Shown: positions 1 to 8,649 of the stretch, in pieces
How the letters are laid out: each line of letters opens with the position of its first letter
Position numbering within the stretch: the stretch's first letter is position 1
Assembly (NCBI GenBank): GCA_963843685.1
Contig: CAWJLO010000008.1
Location: forward strand, 202,027-266,026
Length of the DNA stretch: 64,000 nt
Direction: 5' to 3'
Source: an uncultured Chloroflexia bacterium
GTDB lineage: Bacteria; Chloroflexota; Dehalococcoidia; DSTF01; JACRBR01
Program-made: the position numbers and the translations under genes
The notes under the pieces: model-generated
Told to the model about the DNA's origin: nothing
What the model saw: only the letters and a program-made list of their open reading frames with translations
The model's database searches: none

Positions 1-2
1 GC

Positions 3-542
3 ATGAAACGCCGCCTGGAGCTCGCCCGCACACTGCTTCCCGGTCCCGAGCTGATCCTGCTCGACGAACCCACCCTCGCGCTCGACCCGGACTCTCGCCA
101 GCGCTTGTGGCAACACCTGCTGGAGGCCAATTCAGATGGCTGCACGCTGCTGATCGCGACAAACGACGTCCATGAGGCCGAACGTTTCTGCGGCACCGTC
201 GCGCTGCTCAGCGACGGGCAGCTCGTCGCTCAGGGCAGCCCGCCTGAGCTCAAGCGCGACCTCCGGCGCGACGCCGTCCGCATCGAATGGAATCACGATC
301 CGGTAGCAGAAATCGCCATCATGCAGACGTGGAGCGACGTCGGCCATGTCCGCGTCGCGGGCCGCACTACGCACGTGACGGTCGATGCAGCCAGCCCGTT
401 CCTGACACGTATCTTTCAGCAGTCGGGGGATCTCATCCGCGGCGTCCAGATCGAAGAGTCGACGCTCGAGGATGTCTATTTTCAACTCGTCGGGAAGGGC
501 ATCGCGCCCCAGCCCGAGGCAGAGGCGGAGGGAACGCCGTGA
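3..542 (+). CDS. ABC transporter ATP-binding protein, partial (5' end outside window).
   Basis: Translation carries the ABC signature/Walker B region (LELARTLL...ILLDEPTLALD) and a C-terminal extension. Stop TGA at 540-542 overlaps the next start (GTGA). Confidence 0.85.
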   Translation: MKRRLELARTLLPGPELILLDEPTLALDPDSRQRLWQHLLEANSDGCTLLIATNDVHEAERFCGTVALLSDGQLVAQGSPPELKRDLRRDAVRIEWNHDPVAEIAIMQTWSDVGHVRVAGRTTHVTVDAASPFLTRIFQQSGDLIRGVQIEESTLEDVYFQLVGKGIAPQPEAEAEGTP

Positions 543-1318
543 GTCAGATCGACGCCGTCCTCGCCTTGCTCGCCCGCGATCTGCGAGCGTTCCTCCGTTC
601 GCGGTCGCAGCTCTACTCATCGGTAGTGTTTCCGCTGATGCTCCTCGCGATCTTGGGCACGGGTGTTTCAGACGGCCTCGATCCGAAGAAGATCAAGGAT
701 TACGTGACGTTCCTGACACCTGGCATGATCGTCATGACCGCGCTCTTCTCATCGACCTTCTCCAGCGCGTCCTATTACCAGGACCGGGACTCCGGCATCT
801 TGAAGGTGTTACTGGCATCGCCGCACTCGACGCGCGTCGTGCTCCTTGGCAAGACGCTCAGCTCCGTCGTCATCGGCGCGGCGCAGGCGCTACTCGTGCT
901 AGGCGTGGCGTCACTCATCCCGGCAATCCACTTCAATTGGCAATACGGCGTCCTGCCCAGCCTCGCCCTCGCCGTCTTCTCAATTGCGGTCATCAATTTC
1001 TTCCTATCGGGCCTGGGCCAACTCCTCGCGTCGAAGATCGGCTCGATGCAGGGGTTCCACCTCGTCATGAACCTCGTGTTGTTCCCGGCGCTCTTCTTCT
1101 CGGGCGCATTCTTCCCTCTCACGAACCTCCCCGAGTGGCTCAAGATAATGGGTCGTGCGAATCCCCTGTCGTACGGGGTCGACATGATGCACCTTGCCCT
1201 CTACGCCGACGGTTCGGGCGGCTACTTCGGGCTGCCTATCGACTTCGCCGTACTTACGCTGCTCGGTGCCGCCGCGTTCTTCGCGGGCACTGGCCGGAGC
1301 GTGAGTCCCGACAGATGA
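539..1318 (+). CDS. ABC-2 family transporter permease.
   Basis: GTG start overlaps the upstream stop (GTGA). Six predicted TM helices with ABC-2 permease-like sequence (VVFPLMLLAILGTG..., PLSYGVDMM). Confidence 0.8.
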   Translation: MSQIDAVLALLARDLRAFLRSRSQLYSSVVFPLMLLAILGTGVSDGLDPKKIKDYVTFLTPGMIVMTALFSSTFSSASYYQDRDSGILKVLLASPHSTRVVLLGKTLSSVVIGAAQALLVLGVASLIPAIHFNWQYGVLPSLALAVFSIAVINFFLSGLGQLLASKIGSMQGFHLVMNLVLFPALFFSGAFFPLTNLPEWLKIMGRANPLSYGVDMMHLALYADGSGGYFGLPIDFAVLTLLGAAAFFAGTGRSVSPDR

Positions 1319-2289
1319 GATTAGGTCTCGCGCTGGTGGCGCTCTCGCTCATCGCGTCGACGCTCGCGTCGTGCGGAAGCGCCTCGTCGGGCCCGTCGGC
1401 TGTCTCGTTCCCAACGGTTGTGACCCTCGGCGACTGCGAAGTGTGTCCAGCCATAAACAACACGTCGCTCGCAGTCGGAGACAACCGCGTCTCCTTCACG
1501 CTCACGGACAAGGACGACAACCTCGTGCTCGACGCCCATGTGCATGTTCGCTTCTTCGACCTCAACGGCGCGACCCCCGTCCTTCAGTCCGAGTCTGACG
1601 CCAACTTCGTGCCCGTGACGCTGGCATACGTTGACTCACAGCTTGGTAACAAGGAGACCACGAGTGGGGAGTCGGGAGTCTACGTCACACACGCGACGTT
1701 CGACCGCCCGGGCGATTGGGGCGTGCAGGTGATGGTCACGCGAGGCGGTACGTCACTCAAACCAATCCCGTATCGATTCACTGTCCTCGTGCGCTCCGTC
1801 GAGCCCGAGGTCGGCGATCCGGCGCCGGCCAGCGTGCAACAAACGCTTGCTACCGCGGCAAGCATCGAAGATATCGACTCGTCCTACCCGCCCCGCACCG
1901 CGATGCACACGATCACGGTCGCCGATGCGCTGAAAACGGGCAAGCCGTTGGTCATCGCGTTTGCAACTCCCGCTTACTGTCAGACGCGCACCTGCGCGCC
2001 AGTCATGGACACTGTCATGGATCCGCTCTATTCGAAGTACAAAGATGAGGCAATCTTTATCCACATCGAGCCGTACGAACTCGGACCCCTCCGCCAATCA
2101 AATGTGCAGCAGCCAGTGAGGGCGACACAGGAGTGGCAGCTCAGGAGCGAGCCGTGGGTCTTCGTGGTCGGGCGCGACGGACGGATCGCCGGGAAGTTCG
2201 AGGGAATCATGGGCTTCGGTGAGGTAGAGGACGTGCTCCAACAGGCCATCGCTTCGCCAGTGCCGGCGCCGTCCGCCACGCCCCGGTGA
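1315..2289 (+). CDS. Lipoprotein with an N-terminal YtkA/CtaK(FixH)-like domain and a C-terminal thioredoxin-fold (Sco/TlpA-like) domain; putative CuA assembly factor.
   Basis: ATG overlaps the permease stop (ATGA). Lipobox LASCGS. Motifs DAHVHVRFFDLNG (YtkA-like) and AFATPAYCQTRTCAPV (thioredoxin-fold Cys pair). It lies next to the cta operon. Confidence 0.65.
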   Translation: MRLGLALVALSLIASTLASCGSASSGPSAVSFPTVVTLGDCEVCPAINNTSLAVGDNRVSFTLTDKDDNLVLDAHVHVRFFDLNGATPVLQSESDANFVPVTLAYVDSQLGNKETTSGESGVYVTHATFDRPGDWGVQVMVTRGGTSLKPIPYRFTVLVRSVEPEVGDPAPASVQQTLATAASIEDIDSSYPPRTAMHTITVADALKTGKPLVIAFATPAYCQTRTCAPVMDTVMDPLYSKYKDEAIFIHIEPYELGPLRQSNVQQPVRATQEWQLRSEPWVFVVGRDGRIAGKFEGIMGFGEVEDVLQQAIASPVPAPSATPR

Positions 2290-2413
2290 GAAGATTCCGA
2301 AGCTGCGAAGGGCGGCCGTGCCCTAGTGCTTAGAGAGCCGGCTGGATAACATAGGCTGGCTTTGGGCCCCACGACTTGGGCCCAACTCCGTCGAGCGAGG
2401 GCATTCAGGTCAG

Positions 2414-3415
2414 GTGAGCATGGAATACGTACAAACGGTCATGGCCCGAGTGGCCGCGACGAAATTCGATAAGTCGCTCGAGCCGGGTGGCTTGATGTCG
2501 GAGCTCGAAGGGCACCGCGATTTCGTTGCGGGAACGCGCGGGTCGCGGGGGATGAGCGTCACACGCTCGGCGAACCCCGAAGGCGATGTCTTGGTCGTGG
2601 TTGAGACACGCTGGGCAAACAACAACGCTTTGGCCGATTACTCCGCGAACGAGCCGAACGCGGAGTCCATCTTCCGGCGGCACGAAGACCTCCTGACCTC
2701 CGATGGCCTTCAAGTACACCGCATGCAGTCCGAGGAGACCACATCAGGCGTATCACCGACGAAGGTATACGACCGCCTTGTGCTACCGTTGGCGATTCCG
2801 TTGGGAGTGCTTACATTCGCGCTTCTCGTCATCTACGGCCTCTCCCGCATCTACCTGACGCTTCCCGGTTCGTGGGCCACCCCACTCGCCGCCGGGATCG
2901 CGCTTGGCGTGCTGGGCGTGTCTTGGTACTTCGCGTCTCACCCCGCAGTGCCGCGCTGGCAGATCATGGGGGTGTTTGTCGTCGTGCTGGGCGCGCTCGC
3001 GATCGCAGGTACGGCAGCGGCGGTGTATGACAATCAGCATGCCGAGGTGAAGTCAGTCGAATCTCCCACTCCTGCGTCAGGTACACCCACGGGGAACCAG
3101 GTCATCGACATGGCCGATTTCCAGTTCGAGGACTCCACCGGAGCGAAGAACCCCACCATCACCGTGAGCAGCGGCCAGACGACCATCGATCTCACGAACA
3201 CGGGCGCGGCGAGTCACAACATGCACATATCCAGCGCGAGCGGAGACTACGACTCAAGCATCTGCAAGGTGGGCGGTACTGACCCCTGCTCAGATCCAGC
3301 CCTCATCACCGGTGGGCAGACTGGGAGCATCACGTTGAACCTCGCGCCGGGCACGTACAAGTACCGGTGTGACTTCCACCCGACACAGATGTTCGGAACG
3401 CTCATCGTCAAGTAG
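2414..3415 (+). CDS. Membrane-anchored cupredoxin (type-1 blue copper, auracyanin/plastocyanin-like) fused to an N-terminal ABM-like domain.
   Basis: N-terminal ~110 aa is ABM-like (VLVVVETRWANNNALADY). Three TM helices follow. The C-terminal cupredoxin carries His...Cys-x2-His-x4-Met ligands (HNMHI ... YRCDFHPTQMFG). Confidence 0.75.
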   Translation: MSMEYVQTVMARVAATKFDKSLEPGGLMSELEGHRDFVAGTRGSRGMSVTRSANPEGDVLVVVETRWANNNALADYSANEPNAESIFRRHEDLLTSDGLQVHRMQSEETTSGVSPTKVYDRLVLPLAIPLGVLTFALLVIYGLSRIYLTLPGSWATPLAAGIALGVLGVSWYFASHPAVPRWQIMGVFVVVLGALAIAGTAAAVYDNQHAEVKSVESPTPASGTPTGNQVIDMADFQFEDSTGAKNPTITVSSGQTTIDLTNTGAASHNMHISSASGDYDSSICKVGGTDPCSDPALITGGQTGSITLNLAPGTYKYRCDFHPTQMFGTLIVK

Positions 3416-3440
3416 CCGAGTCGACTCTCAGGTCGAAGGA

Positions 3441-3478
3441 CCGCTCAAGATTGAGCGGTCCTTCTGCCTTTTGCGAAG
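3441..3478 (+). terminator. Intrinsic terminator hairpin after the cupredoxin gene.
   Basis: Stem GAAGGACCGCTCA / TGAGCGGTCCTTC with loop AGAT, followed by TGCCTTTT. Confidence 0.6.
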
Positions 3479-3637
3479 CTTGGTGATGGGAGCTGCGTTC
3501 CCTCCGGCCTTGAGTTGGGTGCATTCGATGGACTCGGCTTCGTCTACTTGGCGCCGCATTGCCGGCCAAATGCATCGGATGTCCGCCCAATAGGCAAGGC
3601 CGGATCGAACACGAGCCCGGAGGAGGGTGACGGAGGG

Positions 3638-4051
3638 TCAGACGATGTTACCGCCGAGCGTCGTGAGCACGACGGCGAAGATCGAGAATGCGAGTGCAAA
3701 ACCCGCGACGAACGCCGTGCTGAACAGTCGGCTATCGAACTTCAGGTGCATGAAGAACAACACGACGAGTGCGAACTTTGCGGCGGAGAGCAGGATCAGT
3801 GCGGTGATGAACGGTTTGCGAGGCATGTCTACGTAGTAGATGGCGACTTCGATACAGGTGATGACAGCCAGCACGAGGCCTACCTGGACGTACTCCATCG
3901 GCCCGGGATGACCACGGTGCACTGGCGCCGTGCCTGCGGGCTGCGATGCGGGCACCAGCAACGACATCGCGGCTATCCCGCCGCCGATCAGCCCCAGGAC
4001 CAGCAGGGGAAGCCCAACCAGCAGCGCCGGGTCGTTGAAGAAGTCGTGCAT
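3638..4051 (-). CDS. ctaF: Cytochrome c oxidase subunit IV (prokaryotic CtaF family) with a ~50-aa N-terminal single-TM extension.
   Basis: C-terminal 86 aa (MEYVQVGLVLAV...FFMHLKFD...) match the Bacillus-type CtaF family with 3 TM. The AGGAG SD sits 8 nt upstream of the ATG at 4051. Confidence 0.75.
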   Translation of the reverse strand: MHDFFNDPALLVGLPLLVLGLIGGGIAAMSLLVPASQPAGTAPVHRGHPGPMEYVQVGLVLAVITCIEVAIYYVDMPRKPFITALILLSAAKFALVVLFFMHLKFDSRLFSTAFVAGFALAFSIFAVVLTTLGGNIV

Positions 4052-4060
4052 CCTGATCTC

Positions 4061-4174
4061 CTAGTACGGTCTCAGCCAGTAGGCGAACATCGCACCGATT
4101 GCTACAACGACGCCCGCAGCGCCGACCACGAGTAGGGGTATCCCCACAAGCAAAGATGGGTCGTCAAAGAACAC
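4061..4174 (-). CDS. Small 37-aa single-TM protein between ctaE and ctaF, paralogous to the ctaF N-terminal extension.
   Basis: GTG start is preceded by GGAGAG immediately after the ctaE stop. Its stop TAG is embedded in the ctaF SD. Sequence VFFDDPSLLVGIPLLVVGAAGVVVAIGAMFAYWLRPY resembles MHDFFNDPALLVGLPLLVLGLIGGGIAAM of ctaF. It is below the ORF-track size cutoff. Confidence 0.5.
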   Translation of the reverse strand: MFFDDPSLLVGIPLLVVGAAGVVVAIGAMFAYWLRPY

Positions 4175-4186
4175 CCAGACGCTCTC

Positions 4187-4777
4187 CTACCCGACAAGGT
4201 ACACAAGCGTGAAGATTACAATCCAGACAACGTCGACGAAGTGCCAGTACAGGCCGGCCAGCTCAACATTGAGCGAGCTCTCCTCCGTGATATGGCCTCG
4301 TAGCGACCCGGCCCATAACGACATGAGGATGAGCACACCGACGGTGACATGGGCGCCGTGGAAGCCGGTGAGGACAAAGAACGTGGTCCCGAACATGTTC
4401 TGATGGAGCGTCAAACCCTCTCGGTAAAACTCCGTGAACTCAAAGGCCTGACCAGACAAGAAGACGATGCCAAGGAATGAGGTCGCCAAGAGCCACACTC
4501 GCATCTGTCGCAAGTCGCCGCGCTGGATGGCCGCGAGCGCCAGTACCATGCTGAGACTGCTCATCAGCAGGACGAAGGTGCTCACCGAGGTAAACGGGAT
4601 GTCGTAGAGGTCCTTCGGATAGGGCCCCACGACGCTCCGATCGCGGTAAAGCAGGTACGCGGAGATGAACGAGCCGAAGAACAGGCACTCCGAGCCGAGG
4701 AAGAGCCACATGAGCAGCTTCCGGTTGTCAAGGCCGGTGCTGGTTTCCAGATGCCCTGCCGTCGACGCGTGCGCCAA
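4187..4777 (-). CDS. ctaE: Cytochrome c oxidase subunit III.
   Basis: 196 aa with 5 TM and COX3-like sequence (FFVLTGFHGAHVTVG, LYWHFVDVVWIVIF). Confidence 0.9.
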   Translation of the reverse strand: MAHASTAGHLETSTGLDNRKLLMWLFLGSECLFFGSFISAYLLYRDRSVVGPYPKDLYDIPFTSVSTFVLLMSSLSMVLALAAIQRGDLRQMRVWLLATSFLGIVFLSGQAFEFTEFYREGLTLHQNMFGTTFFVLTGFHGAHVTVGVLILMSLWAGSLRGHITEESSLNVELAGLYWHFVDVVWIVIFTLVYLVG

Positions 4778-4798
4778 GACGATTCTCCTCCCCGAACG

Positions 4799-6721
4799 CT
4801 ACTCCGCGGTGGCCGGCTCGAGCGCCCAGCCGTACAGGCCGACGATCGTCACAACGGCGCCCACCGCGACGATGCCGACATCGTAAATGAGCCCGAATGC
4901 GATGAGCGGGATTCCTACCGCCGACAGCAACGGGAAGTACGACGGCGACGGCAGGTGGATGCCGTGCCCGCCTCCTTCCCCGTGGCCGTCATCACTGTGG
5001 TCCGACGCACCGGCTGGAACAGGGACCGGCACGCCCGTCGGATCCTCTGCGTACTTCCGGTGCCAGAAATCATCAAGCGCATGCACTTGCGGAATCTGCG
5101 CGAAGTTGTAAGGCGGCGGCGGAGATGGGATCGTCCACTCAAGCGTGCGCGCATCCCACGGGTCGTCCCCGGCGATCTCGCCGCTGCGGAGGCTTCGGAT
5201 CACGTTCACGATGAAGACCAGGATCGAGAAAGCGATCAAGAACGCGCCGACTGTCGCCATCATGTTCCAGAAACCCCAGCCGTACCCAGCGTCGTAGGTC
5301 TGGATCCGGCGCGGCATGCCCATGATGCCGAGCACCATCATCGGCTCAAACGTGAGGTTGAAGCCAATCAACATCGTCCAGAAGTGCAACTTCCCCAGGG
5401 GCTCGTTCAGCATGCGGCCGGTGAACTTGGGGAACCAATAGTAGGCGCCAGCGAACAGCCCAAAGATGGCGCCGCCAAACAGGACCTGATGGAAGTGCGC
5501 GACGATGTAGTACGTGTCTTGCTGCTGATAGTCGGACGGCACGATTGAGTGCGTTACGCCGGTGAGGCCGCCAATCGTGAACATGGCGATGAAGCCGACG
5601 GCGAAGTACAGCGGCGTCTTGAAGCTGATCGATCCGCCGTAGAGCGTCGCGAGCCAGTTGAAGATCTTCACGCCCGTCGGCACGGCAATGAGAATGGTGG
5701 AGACGCCGAATGCGGAGTTCGCCACCGACCCGAGGCCCGTCGTGTACATGTGATGCGCCCAGACTCCCCAACTCATGAAGCCGATCGCGACTCCTGAGAA
5801 CACGACGAATGGGTAGCCAAACAGCGGTTTTCGCGCGAACGTCGGTAGTACCTCGGACACGATCCCCATCGCAGGCAAGATGAGGATGTACACCTCCGGG
5901 TGACCAAACAACCAGAACATGTGCTGCCATAGCAGGGGCGTGCCACCCGCGGCGGCGTTGAAGAAGTTCGCGCCGAACAGCCGGTCAAATGACAGCTCGA
6001 ACAGGGCGACCGCGATAACGGGCATCGCGAAAATGATCAGGAACGACGTGACGAGCGTCATCCAGATGAAGACCGGCATCCGGAAGAGGGTCATGCCTGG
6101 CGCCCGCATGTTCAGGATTGTGACGATGAAATTGAAGCCGCCGGCGAGGGACGCGACGCCAAGGATCTGGAGTCCCAGCATCCAGTAATCGATGCCGTTG
6201 TCAGGGCTGAACCGCGTCAACGTCAACGGCGCGTAACCAAACCAGCCACCTTCCGGGGCACCAAGGTCGCCTTTGAGAATGTTCCCCCCGGTAAAGAAGC
6301 TCACGTTGAGGAAGATCCCGCCAAAGAGGAAGAGCCAGTAGCTGAAAGCATTCAGGCGCGGAAACGCCACATCCCGCGCACCGATCATGAGCGGCACAAG
6401 CAGGTTGAAGAACGCCGCGCTCAGCGGCATGACAACCAGGAAGACCATCGTGGTCCCGTGCATGGTAAAGATGCGGTTGTATCGATCGGGGTTGAGGAAT
6501 TGCTCGTTTGGCGTGGCGAGTTGAATGCGGATGAGCAGCGCCTCGAGCCCACCTACCAGGAAGAAGAAGAAGGCCGTCACACCGTACATGATGCCGATGC
6601 GCTTGTGGTCGACGGTCGCGATCCAGCTCCAGATGCCCTTATAGGTCGCAGCGTCGTCGCGGATCTCGCGCATCGCCTGGCCCATGGTCACGCGTCGCGG
6701 TGTGTAGGTTGCGCCTGCCAT
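4799..6721 (-). CDS. ctaD: Cytochrome c oxidase subunit I with a C-terminal two-TM extension.
   Basis: Heme-copper oxidase subunit I sequence (WFFGHPEVYILILP, HHMYTTG, His ligands). The start is uncertain. ATG at 6721 has GGAG upstream and lies 2 nt after the ctaC stop. Alternative starts are 6685 or 6796. Confidence 0.85.
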   Translation of the reverse strand: MAGATYTPRRVTMGQAMREIRDDAATYKGIWSWIATVDHKRIGIMYGVTAFFFFLVGGLEALLIRIQLATPNEQFLNPDRYNRIFTMHGTTMVFLVVMPLSAAFFNLLVPLMIGARDVAFPRLNAFSYWLFLFGGIFLNVSFFTGGNILKGDLGAPEGGWFGYAPLTLTRFSPDNGIDYWMLGLQILGVASLAGGFNFIVTILNMRAPGMTLFRMPVFIWMTLVTSFLIIFAMPVIAVALFELSFDRLFGANFFNAAAGGTPLLWQHMFWLFGHPEVYILILPAMGIVSEVLPTFARKPLFGYPFVVFSGVAIGFMSWGVWAHHMYTTGLGSVANSAFGVSTILIAVPTGVKIFNWLATLYGGSISFKTPLYFAVGFIAMFTIGGLTGVTHSIVPSDYQQQDTYYIVAHFHQVLFGGAIFGLFAGAYYWFPKFTGRMLNEPLGKLHFWTMLIGFNLTFEPMMVLGIMGMPRRIQTYDAGYGWGFWNMMATVGAFLIAFSILVFIVNVIRSLRSGEIAGDDPWDARTLEWTIPSPPPPYNFAQIPQVHALDDFWHRKYAEDPTGVPVPVPAGASDHSDDGHGEGGGHGIHLPSPSYFPLLSAVGIPLIAFGLIYDVGIVAVGAVVTIVGLYGWALEPATAE

Positions 6722-6723
6722 AG

Positions 6724-7521
6724 CTACTGCACTCCGTGTAGCGCCAGTGTTGCGGGTGTACCGCCGCGCTGCGCGCTCGCTTGCTGCTGGAGCCAAGCGT
6801 CATAGTCTTGCTGTGACTCGACCACGAATGTGAAGCGCATGGTCGCATGGTCAAGTCCGCAGAATTCAGCGCACTGGCCGTGGAACGTACCCGTCTGCGT
6901 TGCCTTCAGCCACATGTGGTTGTCGCGTCCCGGAATAACGTCCGTCTTTCCTCCCAACTTGGGCATCCAGAAGCTGTGGATGACGTCAGCCGACTGGAGC
7001 TTGAATTCGATGTCACGATTGACGGGAATGTGGGCGTAGACTCCATCCGGGTCGTTCGCCAGGATCTGAATCGGCGACCCGCCGTTCGGATTTGGGTAAT
7101 CAAACTCCCAGAACCACTGGTGCCCGACGACGTTGACCGTCATGGCGTCCTTCGGCGTCTTGCCCAGATGCACGATACCCGAGATGGTCGGCGGAACGAA
7201 GAACGCGAGGAGCAGAACCGGCGCGATGGTCCAGCCGATCTCCAGCGCGTTGTTTCCGTGCGTCTGCGGCGGCAGACCGGGGTCGCCCTTCTTGCGCCGG
7301 AAGCGGATGAGGATGAACAAGAGCATCCCCTCTACCAGCACGAGGATGAGGAGCGCCGGCCACATCACAAAGAGGAAGAGATTCTTCTGGTCCTTGGCCA
7401 CAGTGCCGGCAGGGGCGAACGTGTTTTGCGGGCTCGAGAACACGCCGCAGCTCGAAAGCATTACGGCCAAGCCGATGAGAGAGAGAACGGCCAGAAGGCG
7501 CGGCAGACGGCGATCGCGCAC
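6724..7521 (-). CDS. ctaC: Cytochrome c oxidase subunit II (CuA centre only, no cytochrome c domain), lipoprotein.
   Basis: GTG at 7521 has a perfect GGAGG 9 nt upstream. Lipobox LSSCG. CuA motif HSFWMPKLGGK...HGQCAEFCGLDHATM. No CxxCH. Confidence 0.85.
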   Translation of the reverse strand: MRDRRLPRLLAVLSLIGLAVMLSSCGVFSSPQNTFAPAGTVAKDQKNLFLFVMWPALLILVLVEGMLLFILIRFRRKKGDPGLPPQTHGNNALEIGWTIAPVLLLAFFVPPTISGIVHLGKTPKDAMTVNVVGHQWFWEFDYPNPNGGSPIQILANDPDGVYAHIPVNRDIEFKLQSADVIHSFWMPKLGGKTDVIPGRDNHMWLKATQTGTFHGQCAEFCGLDHATMRFTFVVESQQDYDAWLQQQASAQRGGTPATLALHGVQ

Positions 7522-7740
7522 GCTAGAGAACCTCCGGCGCGCACACCACGGGTCGACAACTGGCGTCGGCCACGAGAGCTCGGCTGGCGCGGTGCCCGGG
7601 ACGCAGCATGCGGACTCCCTCGGTTCAAGTCGCCGACGGCGAATTATTCCCGCCGCATCGCGTACGGTCAAGGGTTCGTGACTTTTCCCACAATTGACGC
7701 GACCAACGAACGGCGCGTGCGGCCGAATCTGAGGCAGGCG

Positions 7741-8649
7741 TTATCTGAGGATGAGTTGGTCGAGCGCAACGGCGATGAAGAGGAAGGCGAGGTAGTAGAT
7801 CGAGACCCGGAACACACCCATCGCCGCTCCCGGTTCTTCGCTCGACTGCAGCATCCAAGCCTCCCGCACGAATGCCGCGCCAAGCACGACCGCGCTCGCC
7901 CCGTAGATCCAGCCCACGGTACCCGTGACCAGCAGTGAAAGCGACATGGGCACGAGCAATGCGGCGTAAACCAAGATCTGCCGCTTCGTTGAAGCCATAC
8001 TCGCAACAACCGGGAGCATGGGGACGCCCGCGCGGGCGTAATCGTCGCGATACTTGATGGAAAGCGACCAGAAATGAGGCGGCGTCCAGACAAAGATCAC
8101 GCCAAAGAGGATCACGGCCGGCAGGCCGACGCTCCCCGTCACCGCGGCCCAGGCGACGAGCGGGGGCACAGCACCGGCTGCGCCACCGATGACGATGTTC
8201 TGGGCCGTCGTACGCTTCAGCCACATTGTGTAGACGAAGACGTAGAACAGCGTAGCGCTCAGTGCCAGCAAGGCCGCGAGCACGTTCGACGAAAGCGCCA
8301 GCAGCGCGAATGCGGCAACCTCGAGCCCGACGGCGAAGATCAGCGCGCTCGCCGGCTCCAGACGACCGAGCGGCAACGGCCTTCCTTGCGTACGATGCAT
8401 GATCTGGTCGATGTCGCGATCGATATAGCAGTTGATCGCGTTCGCCCCACCGGCGGCGAGAGAGCCGCCGATCACAGTAGCTGCCATCAGCCAGAGCGAC
8501 GGCACCCCCTGCGCGGCGAGGACCATCGTCGGGATCGTGGTGATGAGCAGGAGCGATATGATGCGCGGTTTTGTGAGCGCGAGGTAGGCCGACGCAAGCT
8601 CACGCCAGGAGAGCGCGGGGCGACGAACGGCCGAACTTATCGCACCCAT
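7741..8649 (-). CDS. ctaB: Protoheme IX farnesyltransferase (heme O synthase).
   Basis: UbiA-family sequence (NCYIDRDIDQIMHRTQGRPLP...). The ATG at 8649 gives a 302-aa protein; the upstream in-frame extension is a GC-frame artefact. Confidence 0.85.
   Translation of the reverse strand: MGAISSAVRRPALSWRELASAYLALTKPRIISLLLITTIPTMVLAAQGVPSLWLMAATVIGGSLAAGGANAINCYIDRDIDQIMHRTQGRPLPLGRLEPASALIFAVGLEVAAFALLALSSNVLAALLALSATLFYVFVYTMWLKRTTAQNIVIGGAAGAVPPLVAWAAVTGSVGLPAVILFGVIFVWTPPHFWSLSIKYRDDYARAGVPMLPVVASMASTKRQILVYAALLVPMSLSLLVTGTVGWIYGASAVVLGAAFVREAWMLQSSEEPGAAMGVFRVSIYYLAFLFIAVALDQLILR

Noticed and set aside
472-2289. 605-aa ORF spanning the permease and lipoprotein genes.
   Set aside because: Read-through artefact of the high-GC frame. 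Only the 3' portion (1315..2289) is protein-like, with a lipoprotein signal and a proper start.
1315-2289. Calling the lipoprotein C-terminal domain a true Sco1/SenC.
   Set aside because: The Cys spacing is CX4C (CQTRTC) rather than the Sco CX3CP. It is kept as a generic thioredoxin-fold/Sco-like domain only.
3627-3836. 69-aa + strand ORF with an impressive GGAGGAGGG SD inside ctaF antisense.
   Set aside because: It lies entirely antisense to the well-supported ctaF coding region. The composition (Thr/Ser/Asn-rich) is not protein-like for this genome.
6685-6796. Longer ctaD N-terminus overlapping ctaC by 73 nt.
   Set aside because: The overlapping region encodes an Ala/Arg-rich extension not found in subunit I proteins. 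The ATG at 6721 with upstream GGAG (or at 6685) gives the canonical N-terminus.
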